Positions 1 to 10,079 of a stretch of 64,000 nt of DNA are shown here, piece after piece. The stretch is from Verrucomicrobiota bacterium (GTDB lineage Bacteria > Verrucomicrobiota > Verrucomicrobiia > CAIQCK01): assembly GCA_026397915.1 (NCBI GenBank), contig JAPLTX010000020.1:3299-67298 (forward strand), read 5' to 3'. How positions within the stretch are numbered: position 1 is the first letter of the stretch; each line of letters opens with the position of its first letter. The notes beneath the pieces were generated by a model, which worked only from the letters and a program-made list of their open reading frames with translations, did not search any database and had not been told where the DNA came from. A program made the position numbers and the translations under genes.

Positions 1-952
1 TCGCAAATGGCTCGGCTCGGTTGTCCCCTACACCGACAACTACTTCGCCGCGCTGAACGCTGCCGTTTTTAGCGACGGGTCGTTCTGCTACATCCCCAAG
101 GGCGTGCGCTGCCCGGTGGAGTTGTCCACCTACTTCCGCATCAATGCCATTAACACCGGCCAGTTCGAGCGGACGCTGATCGTCGCCGACGAGGGCGCTT
201 ACGTCAGCTATCTCGAAGGCTGCACCGCCCCGATGCGCGACGAGAACCAGCTCCATGCCGCCGTCGTCGAACTGGTCGCGCTCGACAACGCCCAGATCAA
301 ATACTCCACCGTCCAAAACTGGTATCCCGGCGACAAGGACGGCAAGGGCGGCATCTACAACTTCGTCACCAAGCGCGGCAAATGCGCCGGCGTCAACTCG
401 AAGATCTCGTGGACGCAAGTCGAGACCGGCTCGGCGATCACTTGGAAATATCCGAGCTGCATCCTGCTCGGCGACAATTCCATTGGCGAGTTCTACTCCG
501 TGGCGCTCACGAATAATTGCCAGCAGGCCGACACTGGCACCAAGATGATCCACATCGGCAAGAATACCCGCAGCACGATCGTCTCAAAAGGCATCTCGGC
601 TGGCCGCGGCCAGAACAGCTATCGCGGCTTGGTGAAGATCATGAAGGGCGCGACCGGCGCCCGCAACTTCTCGCAGTGCGACTCGCTGCTCATCGGCGAC
701 AAGTGCGGCGCTCACACGTTCCCCTACATTGAGGTGAACAACAAGACCGCCACGGTGGAGCACGAGGCTTCGACATCAAAGGTCGGCGAAGACCAGGTTT
801 TCTATCTCAACCAGCGCGGACTTTCCACGCAGGACGCCGTCTCAATGATTGTGAACGGTTTCTCGAAGGAAGTTTTCAAACAACTGCCAATGGAATTTGC
901 CGTGGAAGCGCAGAAGCTCCTCGGCGTCAGTCTCGAAGGCAGCGTCGGTTAA
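1..952 (+). CDS. sufB: Fe-S cluster assembly protein SufB, 5'-truncated by the window edge
   Basis: Open frame runs from the window start. The translation carries SufB C-terminal hallmarks (…[27 protein letters not shown]…[15 protein letters not shown]…) and sufC follows 18 nt downstream. Confidence 0.9.
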   Translation, partial: RKWLGSVVPYTDNYFAALNAAVFSDGSFCYIPKGVRCPVELSTYFRINAINTGQFERTLIVADEGAYVSYLEGCTAPMRDENQLHAAVVELVALDNAQIKYSTVQNWYPGDKDGKGGIYNFVTKRGKCAGVNSKISWTQVETGSAITWKYPSCILLGDNSIGEFYSVALTNNCQQADTGTKMIHIGKNTRSTIVSKGISAGRGQNSYRGLVKIMKGATGARNFSQCDSLLIGDKCGAHTFPYIEVNNKTATVEHEASTSKVGEDQVFYLNQRGLSTQDAVSMIVNGFSKEVFKQLPMEFAVEAQKLLGVSLEGSVG

Positions 953-970
953 ACCTCAAGGGCGAAACAC

Positions 971-1729
971 ATGGCACTACTCGAAATCCGAAACCTGAAC
1001 GCAGGCATCGCGGGCAAGCACATCCTCAAGGGCATCAACCTCTCCATCAACGCCGGCGAGGTCCACGCCATCATGGGACCGAACGGCAGCGGCAAGAGCA
1101 CGCTCTCGCAGGTGCTCGCCGGTCGCAAGACCTTCAATGTCATCAGCGGCGAAGTAACTTACAACGGCAAGAACCTCCTCGAACTGGAGCCGGAGGAACG
1201 CGCCCACGAGGGCATTTTCCTCGCGTTCCAGTATCCGGTCGAGATTCCTGGCGTCAACAACACCTACTTCCTCAAGGCGGCCTACAACGAAATCCGCAAG
1301 CACCGCGGTGAGCCGGAACTGGACGCAATGGACTTCCTCGCGCTCGTGAAGGAGAAGATGAAACTGCTTCATCTGGAGCAGGATTTGCTGAACCGGCCGC
1401 TCAACGAAGGTTTCTCCGGCGGCGAGAAGAAGCGGAACGAGATTTTCCAGATGGCGGTGCTCGACCCGAAGCTGGCGATCCTCGACGAGACCGACTCCGG
1501 CCTCGACATTGACGCGCTCCGCGATGTCGCCGACGGCGTGAACAAACTGCGCCGGCCCGACAACGCCGCGCTCGTCATCACGCACTACCAGCGGCTGTTG
1601 AACTACGTCGTTCCGGATTTCGTTCACGTGCTGTTGAACGGTTGCATCGTCAAGTCCGGCGGCAAGGAACTGGCGCTGGAGTTGGAGGAAAAGGGTTACG
1701 ATTGGCTCGCCTGCCAGCCGTGTCTCTAA
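971..1729 (+). CDS. sufC: Fe-S cluster assembly ATPase SufC
   Basis: Walker A GPNGSGKST, ABC signature FSGGEKKR and Walker B LAILDETDSGLD; 252 aa; position in the suf operon. Confidence 0.92.
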   Translation: MALLEIRNLNAGIAGKHILKGINLSINAGEVHAIMGPNGSGKSTLSQVLAGRKTFNVISGEVTYNGKNLLELEPEERAHEGIFLAFQYPVEIPGVNNTYFLKAAYNEIRKHRGEPELDAMDFLALVKEKMKLLHLEQDLLNRPLNEGFSGGEKKRNEIFQMAVLDPKLAILDETDSGLDIDALRDVADGVNKLRRPDNAALVITHYQRLLNYVVPDFVHVLLNGCIVKSGGKELALELEEKGYDWLACQPCL

Positions 1730-1753
1730 CCGTCATCCGATCCGAAAAGAAAG

Positions 1754-3121
1754 ATGACCACAACGACTCAACAATCCAAACCCGCCCCGGCTGACAACGC
1801 GCAGGCGCATCTGGCTGCGTTCGACACGTTCGAGAAGGGCGGTGCGCGCCGCTTCCCAGCGTGGGTGAACGAACTGCGGCGGGCCGGCATCTCGCGTTTC
1901 ACCGCGCTCGGCTTTCCAACGCGGCGACTGGAAGATTGGAAATACACGAACGTCGCGCCGATCTCGCAGTTGCCGTTCAAGCCGGCAGTAAATCCTATGC
2001 CGGTCGCATTGTCGGCGGCGGACCTGGCACGCTTTGCGTTTGCTGGACTCGACGGCAGCCGGCTCGTTTTCGTCAACGGCCACTTCGTGCCAGGACTTTC
2101 CGCGATCTCCAAACTTTCGGTCGGCGTCAAGCTCGGCAGCCTTGCGGCGGCGATGAGCAGCGACGGTGATATCGTCAAGCAGCACCTTGGCCGCTACGCT
2201 AGCGCGACCGACCACGCTTTCCGCGCGCTCAACGTTGCGTTCTTCGCCGACGGCGCGTTCATCTACGTGCCGAAAGGCGTGGTCGTCGAGGAGCCGATTC
2301 ATCTGCTGTTTGTCGCCGTGGCCGGCGAGGACGGCACGGCGGCGCATCCGCGGAACTTGATCGTCGCGGAGGCCGGCAGCCGGCTCAAGGTCGTCGAGAG
2401 CTACGTCAGCGTCGGCAGCGCAGCTGGTTTCACTAACGCAGTAACGGAGATCGCCGTCGGCGAAGGCGCCAACGTCGAGCACTGCAAGTTTCAGGACGAA
2501 AGCCTCGGTGCGTTCCACGTCGCCACGATCCAGTCCAGCCTCGCGCGCAACAGCCGGTTCACGTCACACTCAATTTCCGTCGGCGCACAGATCGCGCGGC
2601 ACGACATCAACGCCGTCATGACCGGCGAGGGCGTCGAGTGCGTGCTCAACGGCCTCTACGTGGCCAGCGGCAGCCAGCTCGTGGACCATCACATGGTCGT
2701 GGATCACGCGCAGCCGCGTTGCGCCAGTCACGAGTTTTTCCACGGCATTCTCGGCGGCAAGTCGCGCGGCGTGTTCAACGGCAAGATTTTCGTCCGGCCC
2801 GGTGCGCAGCAGACCGATGCCAAGCAAACCAACCGCAACCTATTGCTCACTGACGATGCGACGGTGGACACGAAGCCGCAGTTGGAGATCTTCGCCGACG
2901 ATGTGAAGTGCATGCATGGCGCGACCGTCGGCCGACTTGATGAGGACGCCATTTTCTACCTGCGCAGCCGCGGCATCCCACACAACGCCGCGCGCCGGAT
3001 GCTGACACAGGCGTTCGCCAGCAACATCCTCGCCCGCATTGGCATTGAGCCGGTGCGCAAACAACTCGACGAGTTTCTGCAGAGCCACCTCGACGCGGAA
3101 ATCCGGGCGGTGGAGGGCTGA
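1754..3121 (+). CDS. sufD: Fe-S cluster assembly protein SufD
   Basis: 455 aa between sufC and sufU. The C-terminal beta-helix region is SufB/D-like (…DDATVDTKPQLEIFADDVKCMHGATVGRLDEDAIFYLRSRGI…). Confidence 0.88.
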   Translation: MTTTTQQSKPAPADNAQAHLAAFDTFEKGGARRFPAWVNELRRAGISRFTALGFPTRRLEDWKYTNVAPISQLPFKPAVNPMPVALSAADLARFAFAGLDGSRLVFVNGHFVPGLSAISKLSVGVKLGSLAAAMSSDGDIVKQHLGRYASATDHAFRALNVAFFADGAFIYVPKGVVVEEPIHLLFVAVAGEDGTAAHPRNLIVAEAGSRLKVVESYVSVGSAAGFTNAVTEIAVGEGANVEHCKFQDESLGAFHVATIQSSLARNSRFTSHSISVGAQIARHDINAVMTGEGVECVLNGLYVASGSQLVDHHMVVDHAQPRCASHEFFHGILGGKSRGVFNGKIFVRPGAQQTDAKQTNRNLLLTDDATVDTKPQLEIFADDVKCMHGATVGRLDEDAIFYLRSRGIPHNAARRMLTQAFASNILARIGIEPVRKQLDEFLQSHLDAEIRAVEG

Positions 3122-3123
3122 CC

Positions 3124-3594
3124 ATGTTTGAAGACCTCAACGATCTCTACCAGCAGGTCATCCTCGACCACAGCCGCAGCCCGCGGAATTTCAAGAAACT
3201 CGACGGCGCCAACCGCGTCGCGCACGGCCACAACCCGCTCTGCGGCGACCGCATCACCGTTTACCTGCATCTCGACGGCGACGTGATCAGTGACATCAGC
3301 TTCGAAGGCTCCGGCTGCGCCATCTCCAAAGCCTCTGCGTCCGTGATGACCACCACGCTGAAGGGCAAGACCATTGCCGAGGCGCAGAAGATGTTCGCCC
3401 AGTTCCGCCAGTTGGTCACGACCGACAAACCCGACGGCGAGGATATCGGCAAGCTTGCCGTGTTTGCCGGTGTGCACAAGTTTCCGGCGCGCGTGAAGTG
3501 CGCCATCCTCGCGTGGCACGCGCTCGTATCGGCGCTCGAAGGCCGGCCGTGCATGGTGACGACCGAGGAAAACCCAACCGCTCCCAAATCATGA
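3124..3594 (+). CDS. sufU: SUF-system NifU-family Fe-S scaffold / sulfur acceptor (SufU-like)
   Basis: Motifs NPLCGD and GSGCAISKASASVMT are typical of SufU/IscU-type proteins; 156 aa. Confidence 0.85.
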   Translation: MFEDLNDLYQQVILDHSRSPRNFKKLDGANRVAHGHNPLCGDRITVYLHLDGDVISDISFEGSGCAISKASASVMTTTLKGKTIAEAQKMFAQFRQLVTTDKPDGEDIGKLAVFAGVHKFPARVKCAILAWHALVSALEGRPCMVTTEENPTAPKS

Positions 3595-4142
3595 GTGCTA
3601 CAGACCCCACGGTGACTTTGACGCGCGACTGCGAGGCGGTGATGGTGCCGTCCGGCGCGACGGTGACACTGCAAAAAGGCGGACAGGTCGTCATCACCCA
3701 GTCGCTCGGCGGCACGTTCACGGTCGTGGTGAACGGCAACATGTTCCGCATCGCCGGCAAGGACGCCGACGCCATCGGCCGCGAGTCGCCCGCTGCGCCC
3801 GCTCAGACCGCGTCCGCGCCCGGTGGCCCCGTGGACGAGAAGTTGCTCTGGGCGCAGATGAAGACTTGTTTCGACCCGGAGATTCCCGTCAACGTCGTGG
3901 ATCTCGGCCTCATCTACGACTGCAAGGTTTCGCCGCTGCCCGCCGGCGGTAACCGCGTGGACGTGAAGATGACGCTCACCGCGCCCGGCTGCCCGATGGC
4001 CGGATCGATGGCCGCCGACGTGAAGACGAAACTCGAAACCGTTCCCGGCGTCACCGAAGTGAACGTGGACGTCGTCTGGGAGCCGCCGTGGAACCAGCAG
4101 ATGATGACCGAGGCGGCGAAACTGCAGCTCGGTTTGATGTGA
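3591..4142 (+). CDS. DUF59/MIP18-family Fe-S assembly protein (SufT-like) with an ~80-aa N-terminal extension
   Basis: ATG at 3591 overlaps the sufU stop (ATGA). The C-terminal half (CFDPEIPVNVVDLGLIYDC…TLTAPGCPMAG…) is DUF59-like. The listed ORF start at 3498 lies in another gene's 3' end and is less likely. Confidence 0.7.
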   Translation: MSATDPTVTLTRDCEAVMVPSGATVTLQKGGQVVITQSLGGTFTVVVNGNMFRIAGKDADAIGRESPAAPAQTASAPGGPVDEKLLWAQMKTCFDPEIPVNVVDLGLIYDCKVSPLPAGGNRVDVKMTLTAPGCPMAGSMAADVKTKLETVPGVTEVNVDVVWEPPWNQQMMTEAAKLQLGLM

Positions 4143-4153
4143 ACCGCCGAACC

Positions 4154-5407
4154 ATGAGCACCGCCAAACACCATCACACGCTCGACTGGGCCGCCATCCG
4201 CGCCGATTTCCCGATTCTCAATCAAAAGGTCCACGGCAAGCCGCTGGTGTATCTCGACAACGCTGCCACGAGCCAGAAACCGCTCGCGGTGATGGACGCG
4301 CTGCGCCACTACTACGAGCGCGACAACAGCAACGTCCACCGTGGCATCCACGAGCTGAGCAACCGTGCTACCGCCGGCTTCGAGGCCGCGCGCGAGCGGA
4401 CCGCCCGCTTTCTAAACGCTCGCGCCGCCGAGGAGATCGTCTTCACGCGCGGCACTACCGAGAGCATCAACCTTGTCGCCCATTCGTGGGCCGGCACGCA
4501 TCTCAAGGCCGGCGACAAGATTTTGCTCACCGAGATGGAGCACCACAGCAACATCGTCCCGTGGCAGCTCATTGCCGAGCGCGTCGGCGCGAAGCTCCTT
4601 TACGTGCCAGTCACCGGCGACGAGGGCTTGCTCGACCTGTCGCGTTTTGACAAATTGCTGAAGGACGGCGTCAAGCTCTTTGCCGTCACGCACATCTCCA
4701 ACACGCTCGGCACGGTCAACCCGGTTGCCGACCTCTGCCGGCGCGCGCGCGAACGCGGCATCGTTACACTCGTGGACGCGGCGCAAAGCGCGGGCCATTG
4801 CCCGGTGGACGTGCAGACGATCGGCTGCGACTTCCTCGCTATGTCCGGCCACAAGATTTGCGGACCGACCGGCATTGGCGTGCTCTACGGTCGCAGGGAT
4901 CGGCTGGAAGAAATGGCGCCTTACCAAGGCGGCGGTGAGATGATCTCCCACGTCGGCTTTTTCAAAACCGAGTGGAACGTCATCCCGCACAAGTTCGAAG
5001 CCGGCACGCCGGATATCTCCGGCGCGATCGGCTTGCACGCGGCGATGGACTACCTCGATAAGATCGGCCGTGCCGCGATTTTCGAGCACGACTGCGAGCT
5101 GGCTGCCTACGCTTACGAACGGCTCGCATCGCTCGGCGGCATCCGACTCTTCGGTCCTAAGACCAACCACGCCGGCCTCGTGAGCTTCCTGCTCGACGAC
5201 GTTCACGCACATGACGTGGTCACCTTCGCCGACCGGCTCGGCGTCGCGTTGCGCGGCGGCCACCATTGCAACCAGCCGCTCATGCACAAGCTCGGCGTCG
5301 AGTCCACCGCGCGCGCCAGTTTCTACTTCTACAACACCCGGGCCGAAGTGGATCGCCTGATCGAAGTCATCGGCGAAATCCGGAAGTTCTTCAGCCCAAA
5401 GACCTGA
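4154..5407 (+). CDS. sufS: Cysteine desulfurase SufS (class II aminotransferase)
   Basis: Lysine of the SGHK motif (AMSGHKICGPTG), HELSN… and the RGGHHC motif; ~417 aa. Start chosen at MSTAKHH, because the upstream in-frame extension overlaps the previous gene. Confidence 0.9.
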   Translation: MSTAKHHHTLDWAAIRADFPILNQKVHGKPLVYLDNAATSQKPLAVMDALRHYYERDNSNVHRGIHELSNRATAGFEAARERTARFLNARAAEEIVFTRGTTESINLVAHSWAGTHLKAGDKILLTEMEHHSNIVPWQLIAERVGAKLLYVPVTGDEGLLDLSRFDKLLKDGVKLFAVTHISNTLGTVNPVADLCRRARERGIVTLVDAAQSAGHCPVDVQTIGCDFLAMSGHKICGPTGIGVLYGRRDRLEEMAPYQGGGEMISHVGFFKTEWNVIPHKFEAGTPDISGAIGLHAAMDYLDKIGRAAIFEHDCELAAYAYERLASLGGIRLFGPKTNHAGLVSFLLDDVHAHDVVTFADRLGVALRGGHHCNQPLMHKLGVESTARASFYFYNTRAEVDRLIEVIGEIRKFFSPKT

Positions 5408-5409
5408 CC

Positions 5410-5889
5410 ATGCCACGAGCAGCGCAAAAACCAGAACGTAGCGGCCTCGGCCAGGTGTTGCACGAGCGCGGCCGGCGCATGACCCGCCAGCGTCAGGCCG
5501 TGTTCGACGCCGTCGTCGCCGCGGGTGGCCATCCGTGCGCCGATCAGGTGTTTGCGCGCGTGCGCCGGCGACTGCCGCATGTGAGCCTCGCCACCGTCTA
5601 TAACGCGCTGGAGGCGCTCGTGGGCTGCGGCCAGCTCTCCAAGATTCCCCGCACCGACCGCGGTCCCGCCCGTTACGACCCGCGGCGCGACGTCCACCAT
5701 CACGCCCGCTGTGTCGCGTGCAGCAAGGTCTGGGACATAGACGACAAAGCCATCGTCGTCCGCACGGTTTCCGCCCCGCGCCGTTTCAAGCCTGTTGGCT
5801 ACAAAGTGGAAATGCTCGTCGAATGCCCCGCCGACTGCCCCGGCGACGCCCGTATTTGCGTTGCCACCGTTGGCGCGAAAAGGTCCTGA
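5410..5889 (+). CDS. Fur-family transcriptional regulator (Fur/Zur/PerR-like)
   Basis: MTRQRQAVFDAV… winged-helix region, HHHARCVACSKVWD and C-terminal CPADCP metal-site motifs; begins 3 nt after the sufS stop. Confidence 0.8.
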   Translation: MPRAAQKPERSGLGQVLHERGRRMTRQRQAVFDAVVAAGGHPCADQVFARVRRRLPHVSLATVYNALEALVGCGQLSKIPRTDRGPARYDPRRDVHHHARCVACSKVWDIDDKAIVVRTVSAPRRFKPVGYKVEMLVECPADCPGDARICVATVGAKRS

Positions 5890-6095
5890 CCTGGTGTTTT
5901 CGTCCGGTTTAGGATGCTCCGGTGTGACCTGTCGCAGAAGGTTTCTGTGGCGAGTTTGTGACCGGTTCGGGATGAGTTCGTGGTTGCACAATCTGCCGAA
6001 AACCATATAGTCGCCGGCCAATTTCTCTTGTTGGATTGAGCCAACACGCGCCGTTGCGGTGCGAGTGGCTCAAGAAGGATGATCGGATTTTACTG

Positions 6096-8657
6096 ATGAA
6101 GAACATTCGCACATACAATGTTGTCAGCACGCTGCCCGAGGAGTTGCGCGGGTTGCAGACGCTGGCTAACAATCTTTGGTGGTCTTGGGACGCGGAAGCG
6201 ACCGCGCTGTTCGAGCAACTCGACCCGGCGCTCTGGCAGTCGGTCTATCACAATCCGATCCTGCTGCTGGCGAAAATTGACTACAAACACTTCAAGGCTG
6301 CCAAGGCGGACCGCGGCTTTATGGACCGGCTGAAACGCATCGTGGGCCGGCTGGAGCGTTACATGACGGAGCCGGCGTGGTTTCAGCGAAAATACGACGG
6401 CAGCGGTGCGCCTTGTTACGCTTATTTTTCGTTGGAGTTCGGCCTCCACGAATGCCTGCCGATTTACTCCGGCGGCCTCGGCGTGCTGGCGGGCGATCAT
6501 CTCAAGAGCGCCAGCGATCTCGGTGTGCCGCTGGTCGGCGTCGGGTTGATCTACCGGCGAGGTTATTTTCACCAGTATCTCAACGCCGACGGCTGGCAGC
6601 AGGAGTTTTATCCGGATAACGATTTCTCCGCCATGCCACTCTCTCTCGTCCGTGACGCCGGGAACAAGCCGGTCATCATCTCCGTGGACATGCCGGACCG
6701 CAAGGTCCATGCCCAGATTTGGAAGGTGCAGGTCGGGCGCGTGCCGCTTTATTTGCTCGACTCGAACATCGAATTGAACGCGCCCGCAGATCGCGAAATC
6801 ACGGCGACGCTTTACGGCGGCGACCACGACATGCGGATGCGGCAGGAAATCCTGCTCGGCATCGGCGGGGTGCGTGCGTTGCAGGCGCTCGGCATCCGGC
6901 CGACGGTGTGCCACATGAACGAGGGCCACTCGGCGTTTCTCGGCTTGGAACGTATCCGGATCATGATGAAGGAGCAGGGGGTGTCGTTCGCCGAGGCGCG
7001 CGAGGCGATCTCGGCGGGCACGGCGTTCACGACGCACACGCCGGTGCCGGCGGGCATTGACGTGTTTCACGCGGACATGGTCGAACACTACTTCCACGGT
7101 TTCCGCGGCGAGCTGGGCCTGGAGCGCCACGATTTTCTCGCGCTGGGCCGGCACAATCCGCACGACCATCACGAAGGGTTCAACATGGCCGTGCTTTGCA
7201 TCCACCTCTCGGCCAAGCGTAACGGCGTCAGCCAGCTTCATGGCAGCGTCTCGCGCAAAATGTGGAACCGTCTCTGGCCTGAGGTGCCGACGCAGGAGGT
7301 GCCCATTGAGGCGATTACCAACGGTGTCCACACACAGACCTGGCTCTCGCGCGACATCGCGGCGTTGCTGGATACCTACATGGGTGAGCGTTGGCGCAAG
7401 GACCTCACCGATCAGGTTGCTTGGCAGGCCATCAGCAAAGTTCCCGACGCCGAACTGTGGAAGACGCACCAGCAGCGGCGCGAGAAGCTTGTCGCTTATG
7501 CGCGGGTCCGGTTGCATCAGCAGCTCACACGCCGCTCAGCGCCGCCGGCCGAGCTGGCCGTCGCCGCCGAGGCGCTCGATCCGAACGTGCTCACCATCGG
7601 TTTTGCGCGGCGCTTCGCCACCTACAAGCGCGCCACGCTCCTGCTGCGCGACCCGGAACGGTTGAAGAAGCTCGTCAACAACCCCGACCGGCCGGTGCAG
7701 ATCATCATCGCCGGCAAGGCCCATCCCCACGACGGTCCCGGCAAGGAACTGATGCGCCAGATCGTCCGGTTCATCCGCCAGCCGGAGTTTGCGAAGCGCA
7801 TCATTTTCATCGAGGACTACGACGTCAACGTGGCCCGCTACATGACCCAAGGCTGCGACGTGTGGCTCAACAACCCGCGCCGGCCGCTCGAAGCCAGTGG
7901 CACCAGCGGCATGAAGGCCGCCGTCAACGGCGTCCTCAACGTCAGCATCCTTGACGGCTGGTGGTGCGAGGCTGATTGCGCCAACGCCGAGAACGGCTGG
8001 GCCATCGGCAACGGCGAGGAACACGCCGACCCCGGGTATCAGGATGAGGTCGAGGGCCGCGCTCTCTATGACCTGCTGGAGAGGGAAATCGTCCCGGCGT
8101 TCTATGAGCGCGACAAGCACCAGTTGCCGTCGCAATGGGTTGCCCGGATGAAAAACTCCATCCGCACCCTCGGCCCGGCCTTCAACACCGACCGCATGCT
8201 CCAGCAATACGCCGACCAGTGCTACGTGCCGCTCGGCCAGCGTTACGAGCGGCTCACGGCCAACCGGCTCGAAGCCACGCGCCACCTGTTGGAGCGCAAG
8301 CGCCACATGGCCGCGCACTGGAATCGCATCCAGCTCGCTGCGGTGGAAACGGCGAACACCGACACGTTCTCCATTTTTTCGGAGATGCCCGTCGCCATTA
8401 CGTTGCGGCTGGACGGTCTCAGCCCCGAACAGGTGACCGTGCAAGTTTGCTACGGCCCCGTCGGAGCCGAAGGCAAACTCGAACACATCTCCCACGCCCC
8501 GATGAAGCTGGAGCAGTCCTATCCCGACGGCGCGCACCGGTATGTCGGCACCGTCCCGTGTCAGGAGACCGGTCGCCACGGCTTTGCCATCCGTGTCCTG
8601 CCGCACCATCCTGACCTCGGCAATCCCTTCGACACCGGGTTGGTGTTCTGGGGATAG
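6096..8657 (+). CDS. glgP: Alpha-glucan (glycogen/maltodextrin) phosphorylase, GT35 family
   Basis: Pyridoxal-phosphate-site motif EASGTSGMK. The N-terminus NLWWSWD…LDP.LW and the ~850-aa length are typical of the alpha-glucan phosphorylase subfamily. Confidence 0.9.
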   Translation: MKNIRTYNVVSTLPEELRGLQTLANNLWWSWDAEATALFEQLDPALWQSVYHNPILLLAKIDYKHFKAAKADRGFMDRLKRIVGRLERYMTEPAWFQRKYDGSGAPCYAYFSLEFGLHECLPIYSGGLGVLAGDHLKSASDLGVPLVGVGLIYRRGYFHQYLNADGWQQEFYPDNDFSAMPLSLVRDAGNKPVIISVDMPDRKVHAQIWKVQVGRVPLYLLDSNIELNAPADREITATLYGGDHDMRMRQEILLGIGGVRALQALGIRPTVCHMNEGHSAFLGLERIRIMMKEQGVSFAEAREAISAGTAFTTHTPVPAGIDVFHADMVEHYFHGFRGELGLERHDFLALGRHNPHDHHEGFNMAVLCIHLSAKRNGVSQLHGSVSRKMWNRLWPEVPTQEVPIEAITNGVHTQTWLSRDIAALLDTYMGERWRKDLTDQVAWQAISKVPDAELWKTHQQRREKLVAYARVRLHQQLTRRSAPPAELAVAAEALDPNVLTIGFARRFATYKRATLLLRDPERLKKLVNNPDRPVQIIIAGKAHPHDGPGKELMRQIVRFIRQPEFAKRIIFIEDYDVNVARYMTQGCDVWLNNPRRPLEASGTSGMKAAVNGVLNVSILDGWWCEADCANAENGWAIGNGEEHADPGYQDEVEGRALYDLLEREIVPAFYERDKHQLPSQWVARMKNSIRTLGPAFNTDRMLQQYADQCYVPLGQRYERLTANRLEATRHLLERKRHMAAHWNRIQLAAVETANTDTFSIFSEMPVAITLRLDGLSPEQVTVQVCYGPVGAEGKLEHISHAPMKLEQSYPDGAHRYVGTVPCQETGRHGFAIRVLPHHPDLGNPFDTGLVFWG

Positions 8658-8777
8658 TCAGAGTGGTGTCGTAGCAGGTTCGGTTCCGTGACCGAGCGAC
8701 GATTGCCGCGGGCAGAGCCGTTCCGACGCTGGAAGCTTTGCTTGACGCGGCGGCGCGGGTTCGGGAATCTCCTGAGC

Positions 8778-10058
8778 ATGAGCCATCACCAGGCGCGCAC
8801 TTTCATCTTCCCGCAAGCTTTGTTTCCACGACTCGTGCTCGTGGTGTTGATGGCTGTTGTTGTGTGGGGATACGCGATGGCGGCGGAGCCGTGGTGGCCG
8901 GTGTTCCATGGGCCGAACCGAGACAACCGCTCGCGCGACACCGGGCTGCTGAAGGAGTGGCCGAAGGACGGGCCGAAGTTGCTCTGGAAATTCACCGACT
9001 GCGGCCGGGGCTTCGCGTGCGTCTCGATTGCCGAGGGATTGATGTTCACGACAGGCGATTTCGACGACGATCTGATGGTGATGGCGGTGGACTTGAACGG
9101 GCGGCTGAAGTGGAAAGCGCCGAACGGCAAGGCGTGGAAGGGCGCGCAGCCCGGCGCGCGCACGACCCCCACCTACAACGACGGCGTCGTCTATCAGATG
9201 AACGCCCACGGGCTGCTGTCGGCGTTCACTGCAACGACCGGCAAGCCGCTCTGGTCGTTGGACCTCAAGGAGCGGTTCGAGGCGCAGTCCGGCGGTTGGG
9301 GCTTCACGGAGAATGTCATCATCGAGGGCGACATGCTGCTGTGCGCGCCGGGCGGGACGAAGGGCCGCGTGGTGGCGCTCAACAAGAAAACCGGCGCGAC
9401 GATCTGGGCCAACACCGACATCACCGACCGCATCGCCTATGCGTCGCCGATCATCGTGACGCACGGCGGTGTGCGACAGTTCATCACGCTAACCCATGAA
9501 ACCATCCTGAGCGTGGACGTGCGCACGGGCAAGCTGCTCTGGAGCCACAAGCATCCGAGCACCTGCGATCAGAACGTCACCTCGCCGATCTACCACGACG
9601 GCGCGGTTTACGTGACGAGCGGCCACAAGGCCGGCGGGCGCATGGTGAAGATCAACGCCGACGGCCGGAGCGTGACGGAAGCATGGTTCGGCACCGATCA
9701 GGACAACTGTCACGGCGGCGTGATGTTGCTCGACGGCTATCTCTACGGCAGCGGCTGCCGGCTCTACAAGAAGGGCCTCGTCTGCTTGGAGTTCGCCACC
9801 GGCAAGACGATGTATAACGCCCGCGAGATCGGCAAAACCTCGGTCAGCTACGCCGACGGGCGGCTCTACTGCCTCGGCAATGATTGCTCCATGTCGCTGG
9901 TGGATGTGATGCCGGAGCGCGCGACGGTCGTCAGCCGCTTCATGCCGCCGTGGGAGAACAAGCCGCCGTGCCTCTCGCATCCGGTGATCTGTGGCGGCCG
10001 GCTTTACATCCGGCACTTGAACGAACTGTTCGCCTATGACGTGCGCGCTGGACATTAA
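8778..10058 (+). CDS. Secreted PQQ-repeat beta-propeller protein (BamB/PQQ-enzyme-repeat like)
   Basis: Signal peptide LVLVVLMAVVVWGYAMAAEP and repeated Gx(L/V)(L/Y)xxDxxTGKxLW propeller motifs. Start taken at the internal Met that precedes the signal peptide. Confidence 0.75.
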   Translation: MSHHQARTFIFPQALFPRLVLVVLMAVVVWGYAMAAEPWWPVFHGPNRDNRSRDTGLLKEWPKDGPKLLWKFTDCGRGFACVSIAEGLMFTTGDFDDDLMVMAVDLNGRLKWKAPNGKAWKGAQPGARTTPTYNDGVVYQMNAHGLLSAFTATTGKPLWSLDLKERFEAQSGGWGFTENVIIEGDMLLCAPGGTKGRVVALNKKTGATIWANTDITDRIAYASPIIVTHGGVRQFITLTHETILSVDVRTGKLLWSHKHPSTCDQNVTSPIYHDGAVYVTSGHKAGGRMVKINADGRSVTEAWFGTDQDNCHGGVMLLDGYLYGSGCRLYKKGLVCLEFATGKTMYNAREIGKTSVSYADGRLYCLGNDCSMSLVDVMPERATVVSRFMPPWENKPPCLSHPVICGGRLYIRHLNELFAYDVRAGH

Positions 10059-10079
10059 CTTGCGCCCGCCAGACAAATC

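Noticed and set aside
977-1627. 216-aa antisense ORF inside sufC
   Set aside because: High-GC antisense artefact within a well-supported conserved gene. The same applies to 4412..5416(-), 6090..7517(-), 7536..8609(-), 8658..9464(-), 9489..11120(-), 11836..13257(-), 13089..14171(-), 15888..17054(-), 27552..28793(+), 29337..30389(+), 40971..42704(-), 43352..45700(-), 51080..52186(-), 53211..54272(-), 57199..58371(+) and 61202..63790(+). All of these lie opposite confidently identified proteins and have Arg/Ala-rich low-complexity translations.
5890-6095. Possible riboswitch or leader upstream of glgP
   Set aside because: No convincing conserved stem-loops or terminator were seen, only GC-rich sequence of ordinary character.
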